Notes under the pieces: model-generated | Databases searched by the model: none | Seen by the model: the letters and a program-made list of their open reading frames with translations, nothing else | What the model was told of the DNA's origin: nothing | Shown: positions 1-13,295 of the stretch, one piece after another | Layout: every line of letters starts with the position of its first letter | How positions within the stretch are numbered: position 1 is the stretch's first letter | Assembly (NCBI RefSeq): GCF_964355755.1 | Contig: NC_092673.1 | Location: 14,232,948-14,296,947 of the forward strand | DNA from: Antedon mediterranea | Taxonomy: Eukaryota; Animalia; Echinodermata | Reading direction: 5' to 3' | Length of the DNA: 64,000 bases | Position numbers and translations under genes: made by a program

Positions 1-1471
1 AGAGAACAATTGGAGAGTTGCAAAGGGGAATTATTTTGAGACACATAAAAAAATAAAAATATATTTTAGTAGTCAGCGTAACAATGTTATTTAACCTGTG
101 AATATACAGTCAAAAATATGTACAATGTAAACTCAGTCATCAATTTAACAATAGATACACTCCATTTTATGTCTGTTTCCATGGCACTATCTACCTTTTT
201 TTTGCAGAAAGATTTCTGGTGAAACTACAACGTATAATAATCTTTGTTCCTTGTTGTCTCTCATCAACCTCTGAAGGTTTAACAACTGAGGTACTTTTAT
301 GTTCCCATACCAAAACAATGAAGATGATTGTTTACTGCTGCATTTTCTATTCACTTTTTGTTGTTGCTTCTTTTTTGACACTTTCGTTTATTTTCAGTTT
401 ATCTGGATGGTGATTTCCAAACCACAATTCATGGTAAACTATTGCCGTTTTACATACAGGCCTTCTTTGTATGCTCACAAAGACAAAACAACTACAGTAC
501 CTGGTCCAATGGTAGATGAGAAAAACTAATGCAGTGTATTTTTCACCAAACTCAAAAGTGGTTCTGCTCAAAGTATAAATGTATATTGATGCATAGTTAT
601 CGTCTTTCTTTATACAGATCTGCCTCATTCAATTGTTAATTCCTGTATGAACTTCAGCGCAGGAGAAACCTTCTTCACACTCTTTGAGGCCTGATGTTCA
701 TTGTCTTTTAAAAGGTTGTTCCAAGACTCATCAAAGACCAATCATGTATAGGATATTCTGTACCAATTCTTCACTAGTAAAACAACAGTCATTGCATCAC
801 ATTTGACATCAAATGTACCAACAAATTGTTTAAAATTACAATTATAAGGCTTCGGTTAATCCTGTTCATATAAGGTGGAAGCTCATAAAATGAATTCAAC
901 AGCAGTTATAAAACATGACAACAAAACTTCATCTGGATGTGAACTTAAGTTGTGGTATGGAAACATATGTATGTACCCTAATTGAACCTGTCAGAAGAGG
1001 ATAGGAGGTAGATGGAAACACATAATACAACAATAATGTTAAATTTGTTTATTAAACTCCAGATTTTTGTAACTGCAAAGAAACAAATCAACAGTGCCAA
1101 AGTATGAAATAACTGCTTGACATTGTGTGAGTGTTTTAAACAACTATTTTAAAGGATAAAGTATATATGAAGAAAAAACATTTTGTGCACTATATATATT
1201 AACTGTATATTCAATTGATTGAAGAACAACATTGTGACTTTTGACCAAGAGCTGAGTTTAGTTTGTTATGTGTCTTACACTAATTTGAACCCTCAGAAGA
1301 CTGAGTTAATAAAAAAATAAATAAAATAAAAATAAATCAAATAAAAAATACATTAATATGCATATTGTTACAAAAATTGATTCGGCTCTGATTTTATTTA
1401 CTGAATCAATTACAGTTTAAACTTTTTATGTATGATCCAACAGTTCAACAGCCAGGAAAAGATCCTTATTG

Positions 1472-1680
1472 CTAGTGGACTCATTGACAAATTCAAAGGA
1501 CCTCTCACATGTTAAGGCTATTCAGTAGGAAATAGACCATGCTATTGTGGAAGCACAAGGTTTGAAAGTAATTGAAACTGGACTTTAGCTCCACACATCA
1601 GGCATAATTGAAGCATCCACCACCTGATGGTTTTATTGGCAATGATACAGTTGTTGAAAGTAAAATGTCCACACACAAAA
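1472..1680 (+). pseudogene. YqaJ/lambda-exonuclease-like (PD-(D/E)XK) fragment, copy 1
   Basis: Manual translation across stops and frameshifts gives ...EAQGLKVIETGL*LHTSGIIEAS-PDGFIGNDTVVE-VKCPHT, matching the GASPDG...EVKCP motif. Confidence 0.6.
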
Positions 1681-2387
1681 CGAGTATACTGTAAACAATA
1701 AAAAAACACTGATTTTGGTTATTGAGCTACTGTACATTCATATCTTGTTGGAAAACTTCCATATACAATGAGAAAAGAGGTGAAAAAACAAAGAACTAAG
1801 GGATACAAGAAAGAAATTAATTGGCTGCAGAGTCATCAGCACGTCAATATGCAGAAGAGGAAAACCTCAAACTTCAATCTCAAGTCTGTGAACTGAACAG
1901 AAAGCAAGAAAATATTCCAAGGAAACTTGATGAAATGACACAAAATTGTACCCCCTTAGTTATGGTACAGTAGAAAAATATAAAGCCAATTATGAGAAAA
2001 CGACAACAGAACTGCTTGCAATTCAAGAGAAGTACAATATAAAACAAAAACTGTCAATATATGATACGAGAAATATCAACAGGAAGATGGCTCGTAGAGA
2101 TATGAAAATAAAAGAATTAGTAAGTGCAGAAAAACACTCAAAATTACCAAATTACAAGTTACACAGTTTGAGCAACATCAAGATAGACTTGAAGATTACT
2201 TTAAGGATGGACAAGAGACCATAATGGTACTGTTATGTATGCAAAGTGATTAAAATACTGTAGTTCTACAGAAACTTGGCCATCAATCAATTTCTAGACT
2301 GCCATCACTAGCAATAGATAGCCATAGAGGCGAGACACCTAGCTGATTTAAAAGTTGCGAAAGCCATGTATGATGGTAATCTTATCA

Positions 2388-2600
2388 CTAGTGGACTCAT
2401 TAACAAATTCAAAGGATCTCTCACAAAGGCTATCCGGTATGGAAAAGACCATGAAGCCAATGAAAGTAATTGAAACTTGACTTTGGCTCCACACATCAGG
2501 CATAATTGGAAATGACACAGTTTTCAAAGTTAAATGTTCATACACAAGACAAGAAGAAACAATAAATGAACTTATTAACATTGAACATGCTTTTTTTTAA
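2388..2600 (+). pseudogene. YqaJ-like fragment, copy 2 (diverged duplicate of 1472-1680)
   Basis: Shares ctagtggactcatt.acaaattcaaagga.ctctcaca and tgaaagtaattgaaact...ctccacacatcaggcataattg with copy 1. Confidence 0.55.
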
Positions 2601-3013
2601 ACAAAATGCAAATGATCAGGTCGAACTTTATCAGCTTTACCGCACACAGAAAGAAGGCTGTTTTTAAAGTTTATATTCTTAAAGAAACTTTGATTCTAGA
2701 TATTATCAAGGACAATGGGAAAGTAGTATCTCCAGTTAAAATCCAATCTAAGAAGGCTGTGACTGAGGCTGAATCAAGTTTCCATACTGACCTTGAAGTT
2801 GTACAGTTAACGAAAAAATTGAATGCCCAGAATAAAGCAATGTTTGTGTATGATTGTATTGTTTGCAATGTGCTGTTATATTAAGGAATTTCACTGAAAG
2901 ATCTGGTATGACACAGAAGTACAGTTGAACCCCTGGTGAGAACACTAATAATTAATTTTAGACTTGTTCTCATCTTAATTACTTCTTACAGTTACCTTTC
3001 TTGATTCTTTAGT

Positions 3014-3165
3014 AATTGAAGAAGCTAACCTTCATGGACCTAACAGAAGAAGGATTATAACTGGGCTGAATCGCCCATCGGGGATTGACATTTATGTAAA
3101 CTATCTGTACTGGACAGATTATCCCGGCGGTGGTGGTATATATCGAGTTGATAGAACAACTTGAG
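3014..3165 (+). pseudogene. Isolated LDL-receptor/LRP-like YWTD beta-propeller exon remnant
   Basis: After the acceptor cttttag it reads IEEANLHGPNRRRIITGLNRPSGIDIYVNYLYWTDYPGGGGIYRVDRTT*, which contains a YWTD motif followed by an in-frame TGA. Confidence 0.6.
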
Positions 3166-4855
3166 TATCACCATGACTAAGTAGTTACCTATATTGATTC
3201 TTTAATGACTTCTCTCAGTCGTTCCAACGCAAGAGTAGGGCTGGAAACTTTGAAAAGTATGAAAGAAGGACAAGGTCAGCATCTCAGAGAAGTATTGCAA
3301 AATGTGTCGCATTTAAAGGGGTAAAGATTGCAAAAGGCAATCCAGCCGCATTAGTCACATTTCGTAGGTTGTTTGACCAAATTCTCAACCGCATACTGGA
3401 ATGCATGTCACAACGCTTTTCCAGTTTTTGGAAAGACCTGATCCTACTGGCGCGGACATCTTGGACCATACCAAGTAACACAGAGGCACTAACTGAAAAA
3501 AATTGAATTCCCAGAATAAAGCAATTGCAGGATTACAATCTGAAAATGTGTGTCTTCTTAAAAGACAGTTTGAATTTGTTGCAATCTGAAACATCAATTT
3601 GTCAACGGGAGCGGAAGGGTGAAAACAATATTCTGTCATATGTTTGTGTATGAATCTATTGTTTGCAATGTGCCTGTGTTATTAAGGAAGTTCACCAAAA
3701 GTTAAATACATGGCGAGAGAACTAATAATTAATTTCATCCTAACTTCTTCTTACAGTACTGTACCTTCTTTCTTTAATGACTAAAAGAGGCAATAAATAA
3801 ATAAATTGTGTATTGTCAATTTGACTCCACCGTATTAATGAATTAACAGTAATCTTTCCCAGTGTCGAGAAAAGTCAACAATGCAAAATTCCATCCTTCC
3901 ACCACTGTCAAGAAAAGTAGACACTCAGACATAGGTTTAGATATACAGATATTTCCTCAGATGAATGCATGTGTGTATTTATAAATGAATACTTATTATC
4001 AAATGTTTACAGTACATTTCTTGTTTATTAGTGATTTTATTTGGAATAAAAATTTTTGTTTAATTTTAGTAATTTTTATTTAAAATTTTCTCATACATTT
4101 TTTTAAAAACGTATGTTTATCAAAAAATAGCAAATTTAATAATATTTAATACTTGTGAGTCCTCGACACAAAATGAGTCGCGTCGTCAGTGAGATAAAAT
4201 TTAGATAATTAACAAATTAATTCTCGATCATGATTTTGAATTACTTGACAATGAAAGATTATGAAAATGTGTTTACCGTAAAGTGTTCTTTTTTACAATA
4301 ATGGATCCACCTATAAAAAACGATAGAAGTGTATACTGTTTATTGAGAATTCTGATTGGCGAATGGAACCATGTGATACAATATCAAGCGTTCATTGGTC
4401 TATATAAGCTTGTTTTATGCGCTTGCGCAGAAATTTGGTTTTGCTTTCGTTGCATGCTTTTTTGTGTATGCATAGACTGAGTAACAACCTAAACATTCAT
4501 TTTAAATACAGTAATATGTGGGAAAAACGAAAGTCTGTCAATACAGAAGACGTATTTGTAGGCCTGGCGAAGACATCGGTGGTGACGATGATGATGGAGA
4601 CAGCGAGGATGGCATGGAGTTAGAAGAGGCTTTGGCTATTGTTGACGTTAACAAGAAACTTGGTTTACGTCTGGATCTAAGACAAGCCGGGTCTAATAAA
4701 AAAATGATCCCCAACCTGTTGAGTTACAAATTAACCAGGTGTGGATGAGTTGTCTGATGTAGTAAATCATAGATTTGAATGTCTCATGAACAGGTAGTGC
4801 ATCAATTCAACAATATTGTTTTTTTACAATCATTTGAATTTAATGAAGATTATTC

Positions 4856-5330
4856 AATGTTAAATTTCAATTTGATTGGCCAACATCTTCACGCTGTTGC
4901 TAAGGAGGTTTTAAATTACACTTAAATATTTCTAGCTGATTTCCAGTCAGAAAGAGTTTTTATTGACCTAATTTTAAACCTGGTTAACAAAAAAGCTTCC
5001 CAAATTAAAATTTTCAAACGGTCATAATATGACGTAGATGCGAACATAGCGTGGTGCCGCTGATATGGATTGCTAGCATTTAGCATGAGCTATCTATGTT
5101 CTAATGCCATGTGCCAACAATGGCCGAGAGATAGTTCTATAGAGTTTGCTGGCAATGTCCGGAAAGAGCTTGCAGGAAAGTAATCAATATATTAGGCATG
5201 GATCGTTTTTTTCTGGCTCTCATTTGCAGCTATGGCAGATCATTGGTCTGACATATATATGGTCCACTGATGCAGGAAAGACGATGAGTTTATCACAGAA
5301 TTTAATCAAATGCCTAATAAAAAGACGGAG
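4856..5330 (+). mobile_element. Merlin (ISXO2/IS1595-like) transposon remnant, 5' part
   Basis: Decayed N-terminus (AWCR*YGLL; IRHGSFFSGSHLQLWQIIGLTYIW) homologous to the copy at 12561. It resumes as EHTVV after the LTR insertion at 6585. Confidence 0.7.
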
Positions 5331-6584
5331 TATAACATGGTGGGACCAAACCCTATTAGTCACACAGGCTATTCACCCCTTACTCTCCCCGATGCCTACT
5401 TAACTTGGAACGCTACATTCCTGAGGTGGGTCTTCCAAGGAAAGTCAATCAGGATGTGGTACCATTTAATTAGTCATCCTTCCTGTCCCCTTAATATAAA
5501 TATATGTTTTGTAGTTAAGTTAGTTAGTTCGGGTATTGATTCTTGAGATTATAACATCAGTCAGAATCACTAAATTTTCACATTGTTTTGTAATATTACT
5601 TTTGATGGAATAAATATTATATTTTGTATATTGAATAATTTTGTGCCATCGTTATTGTATTGGCCCTCGACACGACTACCGTTACATGGTGGCAGCGGTT
5701 TTTACGAACTCGCGAAGAAAAGGAAAATTTATACAGTAGACCAGGCTGTAGAATTTACAAGAAACCACAGAAGCTGACACTACACAAGGAAACAGATTTT
5801 GTTTCTCAACACAAGTAAACTAGAGAGTGGGTTGGAAAACTTGATCGAGACATGACAATGCCCACTTAACAACCCTGCAAAAAATCAATTACTAGGCCTG
5901 TATATTGAATGCAATTGTGGGACAAACCCATGGTTACTGTCTGGTACAATTAACAACAGACAGGCCGAAATATGTAGAGACACTGGGTGCTCCAAAAGCA
6001 TTGTAAAAAGTACTTTTGTTAAACCCAAGGATTATACCAGTGAAACTGTTACCATACAAGGCTTTACTGGTCAATACGTAACCCTCCCAGTTGTACACGT
6101 ACATATTGATTGTAAATGTAAGGCTTATAAAGGAAAATGAGCCATGAGGAATGACACCCCCTAAAGACTTATTACTTGGCAACGAAGTTATGACCGGTAA
6201 CCCTAATGACGTCATATGGCTATTACCAGAAAACAAGCCCATGACCAAGAAAGACAAGAGGCTATTAATTTAGCTGCTGCCCTTAATGTTAAAACTTCCC
6301 CAATCACTGATGCCCTACCACTTATATCTTCCCCAAGATCGTCCTAAATTGTCAAGAAAAATGACATTGCTAGAACCAACCTTAAACATGCCAAGCGAAA
6401 CAGAAACATTATTATAAGAAGAAAACATTACCTCGAAAATTTAAGGTTGGACAGAAAGTATTAATTCTCCTCCCAGATGACACATCGAAAGTTAAATCTA
6501 AATGCCAAGGTCCCTATCCTATCTCTCATTGAATAAATTTGTGCCATCGTTATTGTCTTGGCCCTCGACACGACTACCGTTACA
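5331..6584 (+). mobile_element. Internally deleted Gypsy-type LTR retrotransposon inserted in the Merlin copy
   Basis: Ends TATAAC...GTTACA flanked by a CGGAG direct repeat (5326-5330, 6585-6589). The LTR 3' end is repeated at 5629-5686 and 6527-6584. There is a protease-like RDTGCSK near 5978 and an integrase C-terminal RKFKVGQKVLILLP...QGPYP at about 6435-6520. Confidence 0.8.
5687..5699 (+). promoter_or_regulatory. Primer-binding site (tRNA-Leu-like)
   Basis: TGGTGGCAGCGGT lies directly after the LTR end GTTACA and is complementary to a tRNA-Leu-type 3' end (...ACCGCTGCCACCA). Confidence 0.75.
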
Positions 6585-6606
6585 CGGAGCATACAGTTGT
6601 ATACGC

Positions 6607-7290
6607 ATGTTAAATTTCAATTTGATTGGCCAACATCTTCATGCTGTTGCTAAGAAGGTTTTAAATTACACTTAAATATTTCTAGCTCATTTCAAGTCAG
6701 AAAGAGCTTTTTATTGACCTAATTTTAAACCTGGTTAACAAAAAAGTTTCCCAAAATAAAATTTTCAAACGATCATAATACGACGTAGATGTCATAGTTT
6801 GGTGCCGTTAGATTGCTAGCATTTAGCATGAGCTCTCCACGTTCTTGTGCAAGTCAGAGAATACAGTTCTATACTCAGTGAAACAGTTTTAGAGACATTT
6901 GCGTATAATATTTCATCAATCATCCTGAACTCATTGGAGGACCTGGAATCATTGTCGAATTGGACGAATCGTTATTTTCGAGGATAAAAAAACAACGTAG
7001 GAAGGGCGAGACCCAAAAGATGGGTTTTGGTACATATGAGCAAGGACGTAAGAAAGGGTTCCTGGTGGAAGTGGAACGACGTGATAATGCAAATTATCAA
7101 TCAGTGGGTTGCTCCAATTTGGACGGACAGATACAGTAGGCTGCCTACAATCAGATCCAAAATCAAAGATTTGATCATGTTACAGTAAATCAAGACATTT
7201 TGTGGATCCAGCAACAGGCGTACAAATCGAGTGGGGTGCAACAAATGCAGAATATGTGGTCCGAGCGATTTGGCATTAACAATCTGTGGC
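6607..7290 (+). mobile_element. Second Merlin remnant (tandem partial copy)
   Basis: 6607-6835 duplicates 4856-5090. It then reads IGGPGIIVELDESLFS and LVEVERRD, which are ISXO2 DDE motifs with frameshifts. Confidence 0.75.
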
Positions 7291-7490
7291 ACCAAATAGC
7301 CAATGAAATATGTCATTCTAGGCAGGAAGGGATTTCTTTAAAATGCCTCCGAGTGTGTAAAATCTGTATCATTTTTTTATTTTTCAATATTCTTATGTAA
7401 AATTTACTGTAGATTTTAAAAATCTTATTGTTTTTATGAAATTCCAACTATACGATTTTTTCGATAATAGCGCGGTCCGAACAGCGGGAC

Positions 7491-8341
7491 TTGCCAAGAT
7501 GCAAAGACTTTTATAAGAAAGCTTTTTCCACTCGGCTCAGCATTGGCAATTGCGCATGGAGAATAAAGAAGATTATTATGTTATTTTGCAACATGTTGCC
7601 GATTATTAACAGATTATCGCAAGTATTTCAAGCAAGAGACCTAGATTATGCTCATGTTGCCACTCTTGTTCTTTCAACTCAACGCGTGGTGAACAGATTG
7701 AAGGAAGAATGGGACATTAATGTGGAAGACTTGAGCGAATGAGTGAATCGCATGTTCCAATACATTATGGGAGACGCCTCGTCACATTAGATCAGGCAAA
7801 GGAGAATTTCATTAGAAATGTGAAGGTCCTGTTGTTGGACAACCTTTCTCGCAACATCGCCGAAAGGTTTACGGATGGAGACATTTTCACATCTTTTAAC
7901 AACATCTTTCAACTGCATCGACTTGTTGCAACGGACGCGGCAGATTATGAAGTAGTCAACACCGACATACTTGCATCTAGGTTTGGTTGTACCGAACAGC
8001 AAGCTTTGCATCAAGAATGGATGGAATTAAAGCAGTGTATCGTCGACCACTATGCAGAAAAAACAAACACTGAAGTTGTATGATTGCTCAGTACTAACCC
8101 AATGCGACAATTGTATCCAAACAATGCGGAACTAGCCGAGGTTTATCAAACCATCTCATCACATACTGCTGACGTAGAACAAGACTTTTCTCAACTGAAA
8201 ATAATTAAAACATGTTTGGGTAATAGAATGACGGAAAAAACATTAGATGTGATTATGAGAATTGTCATTGAAGGCCCTACATTGAAAGAGTACCCATTCA
8301 AAAAAGCAGTAGAGGCATGGGCCATTAAGAAAAACCGTTGA
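7491..8341 (+). pseudogene. hAT-family (ZNF862-like) transposase C-terminal remnant
   Basis: Split ORFs end in LYPN.AELAEVYQTISSHTADVEQDFSQLKIIKT.LGNRM...LDVIMRIVIEGP, the hAT dimerisation domain. Confidence 0.8.
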
Positions 8342-8895
8342 ATTATAAATCATGTTGGATCAAACGTTTTACGCCGACTGTTAATTATTGTGGACTAACA
8401 TCCCGACTACGTGGAACACTCCCAGCAGATCAGTGTTTGGGTCCTTATTTTTCATTACATTTTTCGATTAAAAAACTATTTCTTTTTTTTTTTCCATAAA
8501 TTACCGTACTACTACAGTAGTTAAAGTGAAAGATACAAATATGGTGAAATGAATAAAGATATATATACAGAATTGATCTAGTGTATTTTTATTTTTTTTT
8601 CAAACTCATTAAGTATGAAAAAATTAAGAATTTCTATATTAGCTAAGCCCCGCCCCCGAGTTTTGTCGCCTCAGGCTATGATTAGACCGTGACGTCATTT
8701 TAGTACTAGTCCCTGTCAGTACAGTAGTGTGGAGCGCTGGCAGTACAATTGTGACAGTTCTGTAGCTTTGTTATTATGCACGATGGATATACAACCTTAC
8801 ATAACAGTCCGAACACTCTACTGTAATGAAAATATTACTTTGTAGGTTCCATACTTTGAACTTAGCAATTAAATTGCAGTCATTTGGGTACTGTA

Positions 8896-9005
8896 AATGA
8901 TTAAAACACATATTCTTTTAAATCGTGATTCAGCCAATTATAGTTTTTAAATGATTAAAACACACATATTCTTTTAAATCGTGATTCAGCCAATTATTGT
9001 TTTTT
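8896..9005. repeat. Tandem duplication, about 54 bp x2
   Basis: aaatgattaaaacaca..tattctttt.aaatcgtgattcagccaattat.gttttt occurs twice. Confidence 0.85.
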
Positions 9006-9529
9006 AATTGCATTAAGTGGATATGGGGCTACTTGGGAAAAAACAATCGTGTTGTTTTACCCGCATGTGTTGTTAAAGCAATTAGAGAATTTCCATCAAC
9101 ACAGTATGTAGGTTTTAAATACCCTAAATTGTACGTTATTGCTATCACATTAACAAAATCTTGAACTGTGTTGAGCAACAGCTTCGTCCTTTTCAGGGTG
9201 GATGAATTCGCTGCATAATGCACCAGGCGTTTCTTGTAGGGGTTTCTTAATTCCTTCTTGACAGGAAGCTACGACCAGGCCTACTAGTACTGTAATTATA
9301 TTTTTTTTCTTTTTATATATGCTTATTCAATCTTTTATTGTAATTTATTTTATTTTTCTTATAGCCTAGATAGGCGAGCATGAGGTCTGGGTCTTTTCTT
9401 TAGATTTTCCGATTACAATACAAATTCTATAATTTTTTCTTTTTTGTTATAAATTATATATTTTTTATTTTGAGGCTTTTATTCAATCTTTTATTGCTAT
9501 TTATTGTATTTTTTTGGTGAGTATACAGA

Positions 9530-10990
9530 GCAGGATGGAGTATACAGAGCAGGATGGACCAAAGTTACATGATGTTGAATCATCAAATTCTGATGTTTTT
9601 TTTAGTTTTTTTAGATGACCATCTACTTCGGATGATTGTGACGGAGACCTTCAGGTATGCCCAGAAGCTGAGCTTCCAGCAGGTAGGTTGCAGCACTCAA
9701 CATTAAAAGGTTGGCATGATACAGAGATACATGAGGTACTTGCTTTTATTGCAATTATTTTTAGGATAAGGTTTTTATAAACGTGGTAGCTATGATATGC
9801 ATTGGTCTCAGCATTGGTTTTTTGATCAGGCAGGTTTTAGGAAGATTATGTCGAGGAACCGGTTCATGCTGCTGCTACAATGTCTCCACATTTATAATGA
9901 TGACGATGCTTTACCATGTGATGATCCAGCATACGACAGAGGATTCAAAGTAAGTGCTTTTATGGCTCATTTAATTGATTATTTTCAATCTGGTTTTTAC
10001 CACTCTAGAAATGTTTCTGTAGATGAGTGTGATTGAACTCCTAGGCAGGGTATTTTTCAAGATGTACCATCCATTGAAGCCACACAAGCGTGGGATGACA
10101 GCATGGACATGCCAAAACTGGAAACGTCTACAACCAAAACTTGTATATTGGAAAGGACTACAAGAAGAACGGTCAACAAGTTGTGTGAACCAATCACATG
10201 TAAGCGTCATCATGTGTACATGGATAATTAATTCACTTCTCCAGATCTCTTTTTTCTTTTTAGCTGATTCAGGTTGCAGTGCTTGTGGGACAATTCGCAA
10301 AACTACAGCAGGAGTACCAGACGACGTCAAAAATGGAAAACCTGGAGATGCAATTTTTTAACAAAGATGGAAAGAACCTCTTCATGGTATGGCACGACAA
10401 AAAAGAGGTAAGGCTGCTAACGAATATACATAATTCTAGAACTTTTTAGAAACGGTCAAGACAAAGGCATGGAGCAAACCAAAGGGAGATCAGCAAGCCA
10501 TGTGCCATCGAACTTTATACGCATTACATGGGTAGAGTTGATAGGGCAGACAGGCTGATATGGACCTACCTGCACACACAAAAGCCCGAAGTGGTGGAAG
10601 AAAGTCTTCATCTACAGTACCTGTTGTAAGTAAGTTTCACTAACGCTCTTATCATTTACAGATGGTTTAGACCTAATCAGCATATTAGGTCCAATAGGCT
10701 GCGACTCAAGCTTATTGATGGTTTGCTTGAAGGCTACATTCGACGTCCTACCAGGCCAGGAAGGCGTCCAATAGATCGACCCCAGCTGCTGACTGAACGG
10801 CATTTTCCAGGGATCAATCAACACAAGACGCCATCTGGAAAAACAGCAGAACCAGACTGCGTTGTTTGTTCAAAGAGAGAGTAAAGTAGAAGAGCAAGTG
10901 TGCAAGCAATGCGAATTACCAATGTGCCCTGCTTCAAGCGCTACTACACCCTTCTTGACTACAAAGCAGATTGTTTGCGCAAAGGAATAC
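9530..10990 (+). pseudogene. piggyBac (PGBD4-like) transposase pseudogene
   Basis: Motifs MSRNRFMLLLQCLH, SVDE, ACGTIR, WHDKKEVRLLTNIH, KP.AIELYTHYMGRVDRAD, KWWKKVF and a C-terminal Cys-rich CVVCSK...CKQC, with many frameshifts. Confidence 0.85.
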
Positions 10991-11749
10991 CACAGCTAAA
11001 CTGTAAGTACACTACAAGTAAGTGGGATATGTATATTTTATTTGAGTGCATTGATAATGTGGACTATATTCAATAGTAAACATAAATTTTCCCTTCGAGC
11101 ATGGCATAAACACAAATTTCCTTTTGAGCATAGCAAAAACATAGCCCTATTCTGAATCATGTGGCATCCTCTGGCTTCGTCCTGCTCAGGCATAGTTCAC
11201 CATTTTTCCCTATTGTCTAATACAACAACCAGACAGAACATAAAAAATCATTGTTGTTTTTACTCAAATCAACGGCTTTACTCAAGCCTCTCTAGCCTGT
11301 CTGTCTAGCATGAACAATTGCTTACAAACATAGCCCTATTGCGCTCCATTTGTATTTTTTCCATATTCTGCATACTTCACATTCCTCTTCCATTTTTCCA
11401 TGCTCTGCAATTCAGATGTATGGCCTACATTTGCGTCGTCGTTTTTGTTTTGTTCAAAATCACTTGCGGAATAGACCTAGTACTTTGAGAGTGTACATCG
11501 CCTTGTGCTTTAGAAGTTTCACCTTGTGCCAGTTTCTGAGTTGCTATTGTCGTCGCCAGAATTGGTACAGGGGCAGTGGGTTCCATTTTGATGTAGTCAC
11601 GCGTCGCCTGGTGCAAGGCTCAAATTTAGTCACTATCAATCAAATTCGTCGCTGTGTGTTTTGAAAGAGTAACTGTAATTTCCTTTTTTTTTTCATTTTT
11701 GCCGAAGCCACTTAGGCACGCTACTTTGGCTGAAAGTGCTGTCCAACCC

Positions 11750-11950
11750 TCATTTTTTATAATCATTCAATTACAATCACCTTGATTACACTTTTGCTGC
11801 CTTGGGGATTGTCCCTCCCGGATGATGACCAGTATTGTTTCGGTAGACTTCTACCGTATCTACCTTGTCCAAACATCATTTTTTATAATCAATCATTCAA
11901 TTACAATCACCTTGATTACCCTTTTGCTGCCTTTGGGATTGTCCCTCCCC
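11750..11950. repeat. Direct repeat, about 70 bp x2
   Basis: catttttt(t)ataatc...attcaattacaatcaccttgattac.cttttgctgcctt.gggattgtccctccc at about 11751 and about 11877. Confidence 0.85.
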
Positions 11951-12560
11951 GGGGCCATGTTGAAGCCTTCACGTGGCGGCCCTGTTGACGTCGCATATTG
12001 CATATGTGGCTAACTAATTCAACATCATATAGTTTTTCACACAGGTTTTATAAAAGAATAAAACTATTCAAATACAAAGGAGATATTGTGTAAATATGCA
12101 TAACTACCAATCTCCTTGGTCAAATATTTGGTATCAAACATTATTCAATTACTGTAAGTGTAAAAAATTTTAGACAAAATTGTGACATGCACTTTGGTGA
12201 ATGAGATAAGTGTTTTCATTTTGAATACTTGTGTTCTCTATACTGCTTATAAACATAAATATGTAATATTTATATTCAAACAATATTTAGCTTGAAAAAG
12301 AAAATAATTATATATTGGAAAAAAAAAATTATGAATGAATGACATTGATGCGATATTGATACTGTGGTGACGATGATGATGGTGACATAGCCATCCAATC
12401 AAAAACAATTATTCACAAAGCAATCAAATATCGTTTTACTCGCATTTATAAGCAAGCAAAACTTAACAGTTACCAACTTTTTGTAAAGTCTTTAGTGTTC
12501 AAAGTTTGCCTTTTCTTTACCGCTTTCATTCCGTTTTCGTTAATTGAATTATTCCTGAAT

Positions 12561-13295
12561 ATGGCTCAAGCAGGTCCCGCTGTACGGCCATTGCCGGATA
12601 GATCCGAGTTTGAATCCATCAGATATGCTACAATTGCTTTCTGATTCATGGAAAACATTCCCGCTACTATAGCGTGGTGCAGACGGTATGGTTTGTTACC
12701 AGTGACGATGGTTTGTCCTACATGCAATGTTATCTGCCAAGAAGGGATCGACAACAGATGTAGCGACGGTCGAGTTTTTCGCTGCCCCACCCGGAACTGC
12801 AGAAAAACAGTAAGTATTCGAAAGGTAAGTTTTTTTCAAGAAGTCGCACCTCGCATTGTGAAAGATTATTGCGTTTACATTTTTGTGGTCTACGCATTGC
12901 GGTAGATCAAGAGGTATATCACAGGAATTCATTATGAAAGATTTGGAAATTGGCTTACAACACACTATCGTGGATTGGAATCAATTTTGCAGACACGTGG
13001 CAATAGAATACTTTACAAAGCATCCACAACAAATTGGAGGTCCCGGAGTGATAGTGGAATTCGACGAATCACTATTTGCGAAACGAAAATACCATAGGGG
13101 GAGGATAGTACCGAAAAAATGGGTGTTCGGGGCGTACGAGGCGGCACGAAAAATAGGGGTTATGGTAGAAGTAGACAGAAGGGATGCCGCAACCCTTATG
13201 CCCATAAATCAATGGATAATGCCGGGATCCATTATATGGTCTGATATGTGGGCTGCATATAATCAAATTCCCAACCAAGGCTTCCAACACGGGAC
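12561..13295 (+). pseudogene. Merlin/ISXO2-like transposase, frameshifted and 3'-truncated
   Basis: N-terminal CPTC...RCP..NCRK zinc ribbon, then IGGPGVIVEFDESLFAKRKYHRGR, WVFG, RDAATL and IWSDMWAAY. It breaks before the VNH and E motifs. Confidence 0.9.

Noticed and set aside
150-1050. Possible decayed coding sequence
   Set aside because: It looks coding-like but has multiple stops and no motif I can identify with confidence.
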